Assembly: GCA_040954595.2 (NCBI GenBank)
Contig: CM082576.2
Location: 9,799,129 to 9,863,128 of the forward strand
Reading direction: 5' to 3'
DNA from: Balanoglossus misakiensis
Taxonomy: Eukaryota > Animalia > Hemichordata
DNA: 64,000 nucleotides
The first letter of the stretch is position 1, and each line of letters starts with the position of its first letter. The position numbers were made by a program, and so were the translations under genes. The notes beneath the pieces were generated by a model, which was given only the letters and a program-made list of their open reading frames with translations, did no database searches and was not told where the DNA came from. Shown here one piece after another: positions 28,701-43,700 of this stretch.

Positions 28701-31700
28701 CGATCTCTGCTCTTTGAAACTGTGTAACTGACAGTAAGTGGCCATGACAAGACAGATCCCACATCCAGTGACGACAAGAAAGGCGTAAGGTGTATCTGCG
28801 TCAGCCCAAGCGGTCAGCAGCTTGCGGCAGGCGACCGGTCGGGCAATGTCCACATCTACGATTTCCACTTCTTTGACGAGATCTTCAAGATCGAGGCGCA
28901 CGACGCTGAGGTGCTGTGTCTTGAATACTCCAAACCGCAGACAGGTTAGTTTACTCATTTTAGAAGTTATGTGTCCACAGCTTCGTCTTGTGTCAAACTG
29001 AAAATGTCTTCTCAAATCCATGTTGCATATGTGTCCTTCACGGTTGAATCATACTTTTGTATCAAGTGAAATAAAATGACTACAAAGGGAAGTTATCATA
29101 AATGTACTTGTGCCCTTAGTATTTTTATTTTAATAGTACATGTACATGTATTTCATACTTAAAATTACCACTGTCCCAACACACACTCATGATTTCCCCC
29201 ACATATGTACCACTGTATTTGGATTACTGGCACTAAAATATAGCTAATGTTGTTTTCTCCACCCACAGGCCATAAACTCTTGGCATCGGCCAGCAGAGAC
29301 AGACTTATCCACATCTTTGACGTCCAAGAAGATTACGCTCTGCTACAAACACTGGATGATCATTCCTCATCAATCACTGCAGTCCGATTTACAGGTAAAC
29401 AATAATTTATGCTTTAGAATGTAGATCTCTGATACATAGTATTGTTTCAAATTCAATCAGGTATAATGTACAAGATAGTGTTATTTATGGGATATAAGAC
29501 TGACCTGATGCCTTTCGGGTATTCTAATTTCTCCATTGGAATGGAAATTTATATCTTGATACTGTTAATGATGATTTTTTTTCTTCTTATATCACGTTTC
29601 ACAGATCAAGCAAACGAACTGCACATGATCAGTTGTGGCGCGGACAAATCAATCATGTTTAGAACGGCGGTCAGGGTAGGTGGTTCCCTTTTGACAACTT
29701 AATATGTGGTGTTGATTTGTTATTCTGTTTGCATTCGCGAGATGAGTTGCCTCCGCTTTCGTGTTTTTATGAACTTTCGTTGACAAGGTGCAGGTCTTCT
29801 CATAAATTACTGACAATGTAACAATGATTTCATTATGACTCAGTCACAAAGCGTTATCTAATGGTTGGTAACATTCGGTCAGGGAGCAAAACTGTTTTCA
29901 TCAGTATTCCAGCCGACAGTGCTTCAGTTAATGATCAAAGGATAGACTGTGCATACTAGATGTTACTGGACAAAGATAGGGGCCGTGGCTCCAAGATTAG
30001 GATCTGCCATATACCCTAAGGGCTGTAATGTTTTCAGGATATGCCTCATGAGGGATAAGTACATGTAGTTGCGTAATCGGTGGAAATGTGTTTTTTTCCG
30101 GTTATGATGTTTAGATCCTCTTCTAGAAAAGTAGCATGTCAAATAGGGATGTATACTAGTACATGTACTCGATTCTTGATCCAGTTTCAACCATATCCAG
30201 TGTGGCTGAGTTACCTTGACTGCAAAACCCCTGGATTTTAGAACTTCTCCTATCTTGGACACTTCGGCATTCCCTTAACCCCAGTCCTTGGTCCACAAGC
30301 TTAACCAAAAGTCATTCGCTGAAGCTTATCTCTTCCAGAAATGCCTTCAAGCCTCCAGTACTCTGTGGGCTTGAACCCTATCACTAATTAAGACCTTCCT
30401 TTAGTGTTGAATGCCTACAAGTCTTTCTTGATGACCTTGACAAAGATCTGATTCTTATCCCCTCTTTTCTTAATCATATCAGAATGCAGACGGTAGTCTA
30501 CAGTTTGCACGTAATCATCACGCCAATAGCAAGTCGACCTTTTATGACATGGCAACAGATTCTACTAAGAAATATGTGGTAGCCGCGTGTCAAGACAGAA
30601 ATTTGAGGTGAGATGATTTCTAATGTCTTAAACCCAGATCCATATTTTCAGAAAAGTAGCATGTACATTCAATGCCCATGAATGCATTCACTATCAATGT
30701 AACGATGGTCAACTTCGGGAATTGCTACAGTGCCCTCTAGCGACCATATTTTAGTTTACTTTGTCTCTTGAGTATTCTTTGCATGTTGTGAATGGTAAAC
30801 TATTTTTATGCTTGAAGCAAATGAAGGCATCTTAAAACAATAGTGTCATGTGTAACAAAGCAAGCTGCGTTTTTTCATCATCTGCTAGGTTATGATTTCA
30901 GTCATACGTGGCCAATGACAGTGCAAGAAATCTTTTTTTTTTTCGTCCCGTTCAGAATTTACAACATCAAAAGCGGCAAACAGAAGAGGTGTTACAAAGG
31001 GTCAATGAGCGACGATGGCACGCTGATACGTGTAGATCTAGATCCATCCGATGTCTACGCCGCCACAAGCTGCTCGGACAAGACTCTCTGCATGTATGAC
31101 TTCTATGCAGGAGAATGTGTGGCCACTATGATGGGACATTCAGGTGAGTATTCGGTTTTCAGTGACTTTCAAATATTTGCACTATATGGCTTATGAATTG
31201 GAATGTTGTATTCTTCTTCTGTTCAGAAAAAAATAAATGAATTTGTTCTGGTGATGTGCTAATATTGCGCCTTTGTCTTTCTTGAATTTAATCATACAGA
31301 ATTGGTCACTGGGCTGAGGTTTTCTCACAACTGTAAAAATTTGATATCTGTATCAGGGGATGGGTAAGTAGTTTCATAACTCTAATGATCTGGAAGAATG
31401 ATGATTTGTGTATTTATGAATTTGAACATTTGCTTCAGTTTTCCTATATTGAGATGTAGAGAAAAGATGTTTAGTGATCTGAAACTGATATGCCGTTCAA
31501 ATTAAGTTTACCGGTGTCTTAATTTAATAATTTGTAAAAAAAAAAATTAAAAAGAAACCAAACTGAGCATGCTTCCCACCAAAACTGCTTTTGAAATTTT
31601 GACTGACCCCGCCCTGTACTTTACTAAATGAATTTAAGTGAATAAAGACCCCATTACTTTTGATGCAAACAATGAAAGCCGAGAGCCATCACAGTGCTTC

Positions 31701-34700
31701 GAACAATACACTATTCAGTGTTGGTGTCATTCACTGCATTGGTATGCCACTGCACTACACACAGTAGGAATTTCATCTCCACGCTGTGTTTGTGTACACT
31801 AAGTCCAGGCCCAGGTAATCCTTTCAGCGTTCCGTGCTTAGCAGTGAAAAATTAGCTCAACTCGTTTCAGGTATTTGGGTTTTAGTTTGCCGATAGCTGG
31901 GGTCCATCGTGCCATTGTGTATATGTGTGCGAGAGTTTTACCCCCTGGGTGATTACCAAAGCAACAGGAGTTAGGGGTACAGTCGTTTGCTGCCACTCTC
32001 AAACACATTACCTTTTTTTTTCAGGTGTATATTCGTGTGGAAGTTGCCCATCATGTTCACCCAGAATATGAAGGAGCGATTAGCAGAAATGGGCCAGGTG
32101 AAGGAGAGGCCAAAATACTCAATGCTCAGGTGAGGAGAACTAGAGTAGCATTATTTATTTTTTGGAGAAAAAAATTGTATCTGATATTGGCCTGTGTGAA
32201 GTGTCTGGATGTACAGTTTATTTATCTGTGTCATGAAGTACATGTACGTACTGTACTAATAGAAAGGTGTCTGATCCAATGGTTGTAAGTTTTTGTGATT
32301 TTCATAATGTAATACTACAAAGATTTGCTCTTTTTTTGCCATGACTGTCCACTCACAGTGATTAAGCGTTGCACACACTGAGGTGCCTTGCTAAGCGTGT
32401 GTTTAGGGTCGCTGTATTGTTTGCATTCATGAGCATGCCTTTGTTGCTGCTGTCAAAAATCAAGCATGGTTCTTGTGTACACGCCAAAAGGTACTTCCCC
32501 AAACTCTGACCACTGTGTACTTTCACAGGAGAGGCACCTACACGACCATACCCAGAGCCATACCAGAGAAACCCAGCTTGGGCGAGACGGCGGTGGATAG
32601 CGCCGTGAATCCGCTGGAGGAACTCCTCGGTGAACATTTCTCACCTGCTAGGGAGTCAATATTGCAGCCGGCTGCTGTACAGAGGCTGAAAGGCACCCTA
32701 GGTGATTCTAAACAGCAAATAATTAATCGTGGTGGGTTATTGATTGGTTCATGGCTAACATCCAAGAAAGGTTTATAGATACTTTATATTGATACTTGTT
32801 GTGTAACAAACCACAGAGAAAGTGTGGTGCACAGAGACCCTCAATATTTTAACATTCCATCATAAATGAAACAATATTTAAATGAAACGATATTTAAAAA
32901 ACACATACAAATAAAACTGGAACCAAGTTTTGTAGAAATGTTGTCGATGTTGCCTTCTGTGTTTTACTAGTACGTGAAATATTTTTTTCTCTGTTCATCA
33001 GTTTTGTTATCTTTGACTTTTAGGCACCAGAGAAGAACCAGATTACAGGTTCAGTGTGGGCCCACTACCCTCCTGGGCCAAAAAGCAGGTGTGTATTCTC
33101 TGATTTGATACCAGAAGCGGCAATATACATGTATCATAACAGATCTTGAAGGAATATTGCTCAGTGGTTTATTTCTGAACAGCCTGGTGATTTTGGTCAT
33201 AGAATTCTCGGTGCCAGTAATTTCGCCCAAAGTTTCAACTGCTTCTACACATTTGCTGATTTTGCTGTCTTGTGATTCCCAGGTACTTGGTGAACAAAGC
33301 GAGAGTCCCAACACATACAGCAGTCCAGCTCAGCCCAGGGGTCGCTGGGCACAGCGGGTGGATGACCGAGGGTTTCAGGTCAAATCCGATTGGGAAGACA
33401 ACACATCCATTCAGTTGAGATTGGCCGAGTGTATGGGTGAGTGCCACACAAATACAGTCCTGGATGTAGTCAGTTTTCTGTCGATTGCTTGTGTTGTGTT
33501 CGTAATATGTCTGTTTAATTTGTCTCTGATCCATGCAATCTTACACAATGTTTTTTTTATTTAAAGCTGATTTTATAGTGTTCAGTCATGAACTGCTTTG
33601 ATACCGCTGTGTGCATTGGTATTGGGTTTCTGTCATTTGATATTGCTGGCTCTGTTTGAGAATTCTGTGATGCAGGGCTTCTGAATAATCAATTTGTATT
33701 TTAATGCTGAAATGAGTGAACGTTTTGAAGGCAAATGAGATTCCTGCACTCCTGCAGTTTGATATGATTTGCAGGCATTAATGTTAAAGCATTAAATTGT
33801 TATGTGATATGTTTTTCTTTCATTGTTTCGTAAACACCATGTGTCGTTTGCCAGTAGTGGACCGTATTGGCTCTTTTGATTGCTCACAGTTATAAAATTG
33901 GCACTCTGTCAGAAAAGCGTGTTTGAAGAGACTCCCTTCAGGAGCTGGCGTGTAAAAACCTGTCCAAGAATGTACATTTTACGGTGCTAAGTAATCTGAT
34001 AATGCAAAACAAATGGACAGAAGACAAATGATGCGTTACATCTGTACGCCGTTTCTGCTGTGAAAAACATTTTTAACAATTTAATATGCATGGAAGTGCA
34101 AATTTCATATTCCTTTGCCAGTATTCATGATAAAAGTTCTCTTTTTCCTGCTTGTTTCCATTTTAACATTTTCACATTTAATCCTCAGTATTCCATTACA
34201 TTTGTTTCATTTCCAGTTGAAACCCCTTGGCATTGTGAATATTCGTTGACAAGTAAAGTTGTTGGGTTTGCTGAATGACTGGTGTTGAAACACTTCCGAT
34301 TTTATTCCCATTCCGTGTAAACTCTGCAAGTTCTTTGTCATAGAGTGGCTAGAAGTCTAGAATCAGCCGTGTTTTATGACATATTTTATGAGACAGCCAG
34401 TTTCAGCTATTTAGCAAAAATTGATTAAAAAGCCAACCGTTGTACTGGTTGACTTGTAATTTTCCATTTGTAATCTCTCCTTGAGACTCTCATAAACGTT
34501 CACGACAGTAATTTAATAATTTATAAATAAGAGAATGTCCATCTGCATTTAATGCTGGACAGAATAAGAAAACGTTTCTTTCCCGTTAAATCAAAGCCAT
34601 GATATCGATTGTTGCTTCAGTCGAATTGCTTGAAAACAACATTAAACGTCGGTTTCGAGACCAGTGTTTCTAAAATCAATAGCTGGAGAAGAGCCAGAAT

Positions 34701-37700
34701 GATTTTCCTCCCCCTATAGATGCAATAAAGGTTACCAGGTTCTGTTGTACTATGTAGAATGTTTGAAAATGTTTCACTGAATTACTTGAAAGACAAACCC
34801 AATAAAACTAATTGACATGTAGATACGATTTAAAGACGAGAAAGTGGCCAATGTAGTGCAGTGATGGAAATTGCATTCTCTCCATATTTGGCCACCTGAA
34901 GGTTTACCTGTACATTCGAAACATTCACAGTGGACTGACTACTGCAACTAGACCTCCTGGCACTCAGTTGTATCAGACTTGTGAATTTCCCAACAAGTTT
35001 TCACCGAGCATCATGGCTTTTACCCCTGACTCACCCCTCTGTGTTTTGTGTTCAGACCGCAGGAGACTGACCGTGGAACAGGACACCCTTACAGAACAAG
35101 TAAGCCAAATGCAAATTCACCTTCTCATGTTAGAGGAAGTAAGTAAAGTCCCAATTGTTTTTTCGCTCGCTATATGTTTGTGCAAAACGAATGAAGGCTA
35201 GATGTAGGAGAGATGGGTGATGATCAGCACTGGCACTGCTTGTCTTCAGCATGCTTCTTCATTGACAAAAAACAACAACCTCGCTTCTCTAAAAAAAAAA
35301 GTGTGTTACATTAACTAGCATTCTGTTCTGGGTAAGTCCAGTTCAATCTTATTCACACTTGTATTCGTTAGACACTAATTTGTAACTGATATCTTCAAAT
35401 ATTACTGAGATACATTTATCTGACTTGACTGGTTCTTCAGATTCTTCTTTCCAGTTGTTTCAAAGCAAGGTATCCCCCCCCCCCCCTTAAAGGGCCATGA
35501 GCTGCAACTTTTTGGCATGGCATTATTGGTTTTATTTTCAAATTTAAAAGTTGTAGCTTGTGGGCCTTTAACTTTACTATCTGTCAATCATTTTTATAAT
35601 TAAATGTACATTCAGTCTGAAAAAACATTTCATGCATGAGTTACTGTTCAAAGCAAAATTAGTGTTCACTAATTTATGCGCTTACTCTTGCTAGCAGACT
35701 GGTTGAAGGAGAATGTGGAGGTCTGTGATTGGACGTATCTTCAATAAATACGGAATGGTTTGACCTGTAATGATGCATGCCAAATTGACATCATGTTTAA
35801 TACATTTAAACAAATGGGGATGATATCAGTATTTTAGGGGCTAGTTCTTCTATTAGAGAGATGGTCGTAGTAGTTTAGTCTGATATGGGGATCATATCTT
35901 GGGGGGAAAAGCTTGCCATATTTTGGTTATTGAAGTGGTTGCATGAGAATGTATTCATATCTCTTCCTGCTTGTTTGAGACTCCTGGGCGTTGAGGCATC
36001 ATGTACCATAGCAGAATCCGGTGCAGAAATTGATGGCAGGGGAAATTGTCTCTGCATATCGGTGAAATGTCACACTGCACAATCAACTGATCAAAATAAC
36101 TGAGCGTAATTTGTCAGAGCTGAAAGTCCCATAAAATCACAGAGATGTAATACCAAACTATGGCAAGCTTTCCTCCTTTGTCTTTGATGTAAGATGCTTG
36201 GGTAATATGCCAAGTCTATATATTGTTGGCTGTTAAATTGGTTTTCATTGTGTTTGTACATTTCTTGTTATTTCTATACATGTACAAATCCTCGATAAAA
36301 TTCGTAAATTCTACCATAATGAAATATATTTTTCTGAACCCTTCATCATGTAAAAGACTTTTTGAGATATTTTTAATTTGTCATAGCCATGTTCTTTCAG
36401 ATATGTCATAATCTTAAACTGGTTTATATTATGTCTTTTTATTTACATAACTTTTATCATTCTCTCCGTCCAGAAATCACGCCAAAGATCCTTTGCATCC
36501 AGAAAGGAGGTATGTACACCTTGTTGGTAAAAACATACAACGTGATTATAGCTGTTTATTATGTTTGTTGTACTGTGATACATGCATCAAGGTCTTGCTT
36601 ACAGTGAGAATCACATGTATATTAACTAACTGCCATTTGAATGTAAAACCCTCTGAACAATCACACGCACACTGGTGCAAGCACACTTGCATACATACAC
36701 ACACACACACAGCATAATAGCATCCATGTTTGATGTATTCTTTGCCTGTCAGGGGGACATTACTGTATTGGATGATGAGGAAGAAGAGGAGGAAGATGAT
36801 GAAGATGACGATGATGAATTCTTACCTGCAACACAAATTTTACAAAACCTGGAAGAGATGCCTGAAGAGGAGGTATTTAATGGCAAACTCCATATAGAGA
36901 TGTCGCTTCACTTTGTCAAACTTCCTTTTACTGACAACGCCAGTAGGCAATTTTTACTAGTTGTGTCAACTTGTACCTAGCCTAGAGAGATACAGAGTTG
37001 AGAGAAAAGACTTGCCACCAGTTCTTGTGGAACAAAATACAGTCAAACTATATAGTGGCCATTTTGTTACATTCCCTGTGCAATTTACCTGTACATTAAT
37101 TGACCTGTCTATAAAGGCCACCTGTTAAGGAAAGTCCCTTGACTGGCCACTATAGGTAGGTTCGACTGTATTTTAGTACATATGTTTCTTCTTTTCGTTT
37201 CCTTTACCAACACCAGAACCTGAAGGACAGAGTGAGGAGGTCGCGTGGCAGCGGTGTCATGGAAGGACTGCCCAGGCCACAGGATCTGGCCATCGGCAGC
37301 AAGCCATCCAAGGAAACGGAAGACAACGCGGAGAGTCCGAGCACTCCGGACAGAGAGGTGGCCGACACACTGGCTGCTGAGCTGTTGAAGCTGGAAAACT
37401 CTGAGGACGATGACAATGATGACAAAGAAGTGATTATCTACCTGCCGACTGAAGAAGATGACGAGAATGCATCCAGTGACAGGTACGTTTTCAGTGTTCT
37501 CCACGGGATTTTATGATGTAGTATAATTCAATTCTTATGATAATGAGTTTCTATTGTTTATACTCTTTAATTGGACTGGGGAGAATCTGATTATGGAAAT
37601 AAAGGGTCACCCATGCATAATTGGCCAGATCTGTGCCAGTGGTTATTTGTTTCTTATTGCAAAAATGTTGACGTTATTGAAGGGGATGGTTTTATGCAAC

Positions 37701-40700
37701 TCAGAATTGTCTGATCTAATAGAAATCTTTTTTGTCTTTTTTTATTGTCTTGCAGTCCAAGGTACTGTGTGACACAAAACACGGACTTTCTGAAGAAGTA
37801 CGCGCAAAAATGGAGGAAACTGTCTCTGAATGCAGCCTCTGTAGCAATGGACAGGAAAATGAGCACAGACAGCTTAGAGAGCACAGGTAAGGAAATATTA
37901 TTTTTTCCACATTGAACTCGGACAAAACTGGTTTGTGTATGGGTATGCTAATAATTTTGCCCATCTTGTTTATACACTGGTCAGTGAAAGAGAGGTAAAC
38001 AAATCAATGGAATGAAGTCGTTCGGGAAAATGGGTTCTGGAGAGATGATAAAACATGTAAAAAGGGCCACTGCAATAAAATGACGCAACCACACAACGAA
38101 GTCATGACTCTACTCTCTGATGGGGGGGGGGGGGGAGCGGGGACTTGAAAGTAAAGTAAACTAAACAACTAAAACGTGGCTGGCAGTCGAAGTGATAAGT
38201 TTTTGAAAATTGCCAAGGATTTTTCGTTTTCGTATTATTTGGATAATACAGAAAATATCTGTGACAGATTACAGTTCTTTGAAAAAGAAATTTTAAGAAT
38301 GTCAGCATTAAACAGAGAATTGTATGACAGGTACAGACTTCACGAGTCGCGACAACTCCGAGGAGGATGACGAAGAGCGTCCCAACACTCCGTACGAAGA
38401 ACAACCGCAGAGCGGGGACAGCAACGAAGACGTCAAGGAGAAGGAAGGGGACGACGAGACCGAATTCCTGAAACACAACTACGAGAGCCTGGCCATCGCG
38501 CCGGAACAGGAGAAGTTCGACAACAACATCGACCGTCTGGAAGTGGCCGGACAAGAGTACATGCAGCAGCTGCAGAGTGGCCGACTTAGCATATCCACTC
38601 GGTTCTTAACCAGGGCACAGCAGAATCATCTGAGGTATGAGTTTGTATACATACATCCAGGCCAAATGTTGAGGCTAAAGAAGTGTAGGAATTCTTTATC
38701 ATGCCAATGATGCAAGGGAATGTAAAGATTGTGTGTGACACTAATAAATTACGAAAGCGAGTCTTGTAAATAACCTTTTCCACAACCTGTCTTTCAACAT
38801 TTCAGGAATCTCGCTGCAGTCAGTAATCAGTCTGCCGCCATTACCAACACAGAGCCAGAGAAAACTGTAAGTACAAAAATGGGGTTTAACTGTTTGTGAC
38901 AGGTGCTGGTGTAGTAATTCGTACATGTTAAAAATAACCTGCCCTCTCCCCAAAACATGGCCGACTTGTTCTATGCCTATATGTGCACCCGTGTTTCAAA
39001 ACGAAATTGATCCATGTCTTTTTAAACTGTTTGAATAGCACTAGGTGGTAAATGCTCGCATTACCAAGGTTGTACCTGACTGTTCTGTCATTCCCTGGTG
39101 TGTTTTTTCCATCTGAAAGGAATTATCAAAAAGACAACTGGAGGTGGCCAAGGCTGTGGAGGAAACCAGGAAACGACTGCAAGAAGTAAGCATGGCAACT
39201 TGTGAATATCAGGCTTTGAAGAATTTTTACGACTAAATGTTATGGGTTGGTTGGGTGGTTGGTTGGTTGGTGAATTTGACTCTCCAAGTTTGGTGTAGAA
39301 ATTAGATTTTTAAACATAGGAAAAAATGACCATTTCTCCTTCTTGATCATCCAGATGGGTTACCTCAAAGGTCCGCGTAAAAAGTCAACGTCCCTCTCAG
39401 AGAAGAGTGACAGTGCAGCTACAGCTGAATCGGAGAAGGGTGAAGTGAAATCTGAGACAGAACTCAGATCTTCTTCTGAGACCACAGAGAGGACGTCCCC
39501 GGTGCAGTCAGAAACGGTGAATGCAGATCCTAGCAACAAGGGCGTGGACGCTGACAGCACAGGTGCCAGCAGTAACGACATTGATGAGAAAAGCGATCTT
39601 GTCGATTCAAACAACAGTGAAAGTCAGCGTGTCGAGACTGCCAGGGAAAAACTACTGAACAAGACCAAATCAGCCTCTGCAGAAGAAGTGAGGGACAATG
39701 CGTCCATCGACACCAAGGAGCAGCTCACGTCGACTTCGGACGATGCAACCAGCGAGCAAAAACAATCCAAGCAAAGAACGCCCAGGACCCTGCCGGATCC
39801 AAGCGTGACTGTCGCCATGGAAACTGTGACCCTGGAAACGGTTACCATAGAGACCAGCGAAATCACGTCGGCGCCCCAGCCAAAACCCAGCAATGCAGGT
39901 ACTACGCGACAGAACCCCCAAGCAGGGGGCGCGCCCGCTTCTCCAGAATCGCCGCCGCAGCACATTGCGAACAAAGAAAACATCCGGGTCAGAGACAAGC
40001 CTAGATCACCAAAGCCACAGTTTAGACACAGGTCGCACTCGCAGTCTGAGAGTGGACGGTTTCCCATGAGGAAAACCGCTTCCACGTCAGCACTGAACGT
40101 AACGCCAACCAGAAAAGGTAACCGTGGATTCCGAGAAAGAAAGAAAGAAAAAAAAAATCTTGATGTGTTTGTGAGAAATTTTGCTTGGTTGTGTGGTGTG
40201 CGGTGTTGGTCGTCTGTCTCTCAGTCTCTCTCCTCCCTTCTCCAACACTAGTCTCCCTCGGGTGATGCACTCTAAAATTACACCAGTCCTATATATTAAC
40301 TCTGTCTGTCTCACCCTCCCTGCACCTGCACCTGTACTAATAATGTGGTAGTCTCCAGAGTCCATCATGAGGTCTTGTGTAACCCTTTCACCCCTCGTAA
40401 TCCTGTGTCTCGATCCAACCACACCATTCAGAACAACGGGGGTGAAACCAAAGATCGGTGGTGAAAGGGTTAGAGAAGTGACAGTGTGTGACTTGAATTC
40501 AAAACTGAATCCTAATCAAAAAATGCAGACATAGCTGCTTTCAAAATCTTGTGCTCATAATAAGACTGTTGTAACAATACATAATAAACATTCTTTTTAG
40601 CTTCATTGTAATTTCCTTTATTTTCTGCCATCAATATTAATTTGCCTTCAATATATAAACAATCTTCCACTGCATTAAAAATCATAAGAATTTTAAAAAA

Positions 40701-43700
40701 ATAACCATAAATGCTAAAAAATGCTACAAAAGTTGACAAATATGTGTAATTCTTATAAATCTGTTATCATTAATTGCTGTTCTGTTTTTTTTATAAAAAG
40801 ATTCTTCTAAATTCATATTGCTGTGACTAAAAAGATAAAAACCAAGTAAATTTTCTCGTAGAAATGTCATCCCAAATTGTAGAGCAACCTGTAGCGTGAT
40901 TTAGATGTAATCAAAATCTGTAAACATAATTAACATTCATGCCCAAGTTTCATTATTTATGGAAACAAATAACAATTTTTTTTCTGGTTGAGTTTTAATA
41001 GAGCAATCACAGAAGGTGGAGGTGGTTCCAGGTATATTTAGAGCTGGAGTGATTTACTTTCATTTGCGCACATATGGAGAACTGACCAGCAAAACAGCCA
41101 GACATTCAGCAAGATAACAGTCATTTGGTCATGTGTTTGACTAATAAAATGTAGCTAAGTATAGCTGAACTCCAAGAGTACAGCTGACCTCAGCTGTTAA
41201 AATCAGCTGCTGTTGTATAGAGGGAAGGAACAGCCCGTGGCTAAAATGTATCAAATCACCAAATTACTTGATAACCGTGCTGATTGACTGGCTTTTTTGG
41301 AAGTCCTGTTTCACCATTTGCGTGGGATGAAAGCATATTACTCCTGCTGTAAAGCGCTTGTGTTTTAGTGGATGCTTTTATTGTTCATTGCAATACACAT
41401 TCTCACAATCACCACCAACAACAACACCAGTTTGTGTGTCAAAACACTGCATGCACTGTGGTCATATCAAACACTTACACTCACAGACCACAAACATGCA
41501 AGAGTTGCCAAAAGAAAGCAATTCCTTTATTAAAGGATGGATTGGTGTTAGTCACTAAAATAACATACAGCCTAGACTTTGAATGTACATAATACACCTC
41601 AACTTACAAAATCAGTAGTACAGTAATTTAGTTTAGTTTGATGGTGGTGAATTTATAACACAATTATCTTGTGAGTTAGTGAGTGAGTGAATAAGAGAGT
41701 GAATGAATGAATAGCTTTGTCAGTTGGTTATTTAGATTGTCCTTCCCTATTCCTCCCAACCCCAAATCTGGTACATGTACTGTGTGTGCATGCATGTATT
41801 AATGAAGCAGTCCAAACAAAAGTATGGAAGGAGTGTAGATGTAAGATACAACACTTGTTGTGCATTGTGTTGTCTGGTAGTGGTATGTGTCAATGGTGAA
41901 AATGTGAGAATGCAATAACAGTCATTGTGTGGGGTAGTTGTATTTGGAATTGCCCTAAATATATGCCCCATGTTACAAGTGAGATTCTGATGATATGTGT
42001 ATACATGATGCAGTTTGAATGTTTGCATGTGTATGTTCAGTTTCATTTCTTTTTGACTGCGAGTAGAGCATCGAGCAGTGACAATGAATTCTGACTGCTA
42101 AAATATATGTAATAAATTCCTGCCGTAGATTTGATGAAGAACTGTAAGCAGCTATTTATTCATGGCATTGTAATACATTCCTAAAGCGTTCAGTTATAAT
42201 TGCATTGGAAGATCAATTTATTGCCCATTAGAATATTTCTATGTAATTATTTGCTTCATTCAGTATATGTATTGGGAGAAATATGATATGAAGGTGACAG
42301 AGAAAAAAAAAAAAAAATTCAAATATCATAATTGTATGTTTGCCTGTATTGAAATTTAAATTCATATAAAAACATGGTAATTTTTTATGTTTTTAGCATA
42401 CCATGGAAAATTTCAATCGGGCACATTGATTTAAAATGTGACAAATTAATCTTGGATAGAATGAAAAATAAACCAAAAATTAAAAATAAATGGCAAACAA
42501 CATTAATGTACAACAATCCACTTTGCAGGCCGGAATGACAGCACCAGTGAGAACAGCTCACCAACCCATTCTGTCACATTGCGTAGCCGGGCTAGAAGCC
42601 AAGATGGCTTGGAGAGAATTTCTACGTCCAGGAGTAGGGCTGCCAGACGTGCACGAACGGAACGACACCTGCCTGCTTTGCCCACCGGAAAGACGCCTTC
42701 CAGTACGACTGTTGAGACTGCATCATCATCATTAACCACCACTACCACCACCACCACCACCACGAGACAAAGAAGGTCACTTTACGCACCGACAGAAAGT
42801 TCTTTGGCCAAGATAACGGCTTCATTGCACTCAGAGTCTTCGAATTCCCCGCGGAATCGCCGCCTGAAGTCGCAGTCCTCGACGGAATTGATATCGCCCG
42901 AGAGTGAGGAAAACGGCTACTCCAGCAGGTTCTCCAAGGAGGCCGAGGACAAGCTGTCGATGCCTCCGCCGGCGACGACGTCAGTGGTGGCAAAAGTGAA
43001 AACTACCAGCAGGCGGTCCATGTCCGATCCGCGCTCTCGCAATTACAGCAAAGCCCGACGCTTTCAGCCCAGTTCGCCCACCAAGGACCCCAGCCGCAGC
43101 CTGACGATCACCGACCCGACCGAGGTGGCAGAGTTCGTGGCACAGAGCCACAGGGAGAGCACTGCCACCAAGCTGCAGCCCAGCATCGATGAAGAGGAGC
43201 AACAGAGCACATCCAAGGACCGGTCGTCCACGAAGGCAGAGGCAGGAGTGGAAACCGGGACGACGGCGGGGAACGACGTGAAGTGTAACGGGACGGGAAA
43301 TCAAGAGATCGCATGCGACACGTCGACAGGCGCTACACTCGAGAATGGACCGACACTTGACGCGGGATGTCCTCTTGAAGTCGCGACTGACGACAAAGAA
43401 GATCAGCAAGAAAGAAGACTCACCTTCTGTGTGCCACCACCCCCTGACATTACTGTCAGTGAACACGCAACGTCTTCTGATGCGCAAAAGGAAGATTCTG
43501 TTTCCCCAACTGAAGCGTCAGAGAAGGCAAACCTTGGAGGGAAAACTGAAATGCCGGATGCTGCGTCTGTGTCTGTGGAGACAAAACAGCAGCAGAAGAG
43601 TGACACTGTACTCGACGAACAAAGCCAGGATGCATCCAAAGAAGAAGAGGACAGACCTCCTGTTTGTGAGGCTGAAAGTCCGACAGCAATATCGCCCAAT

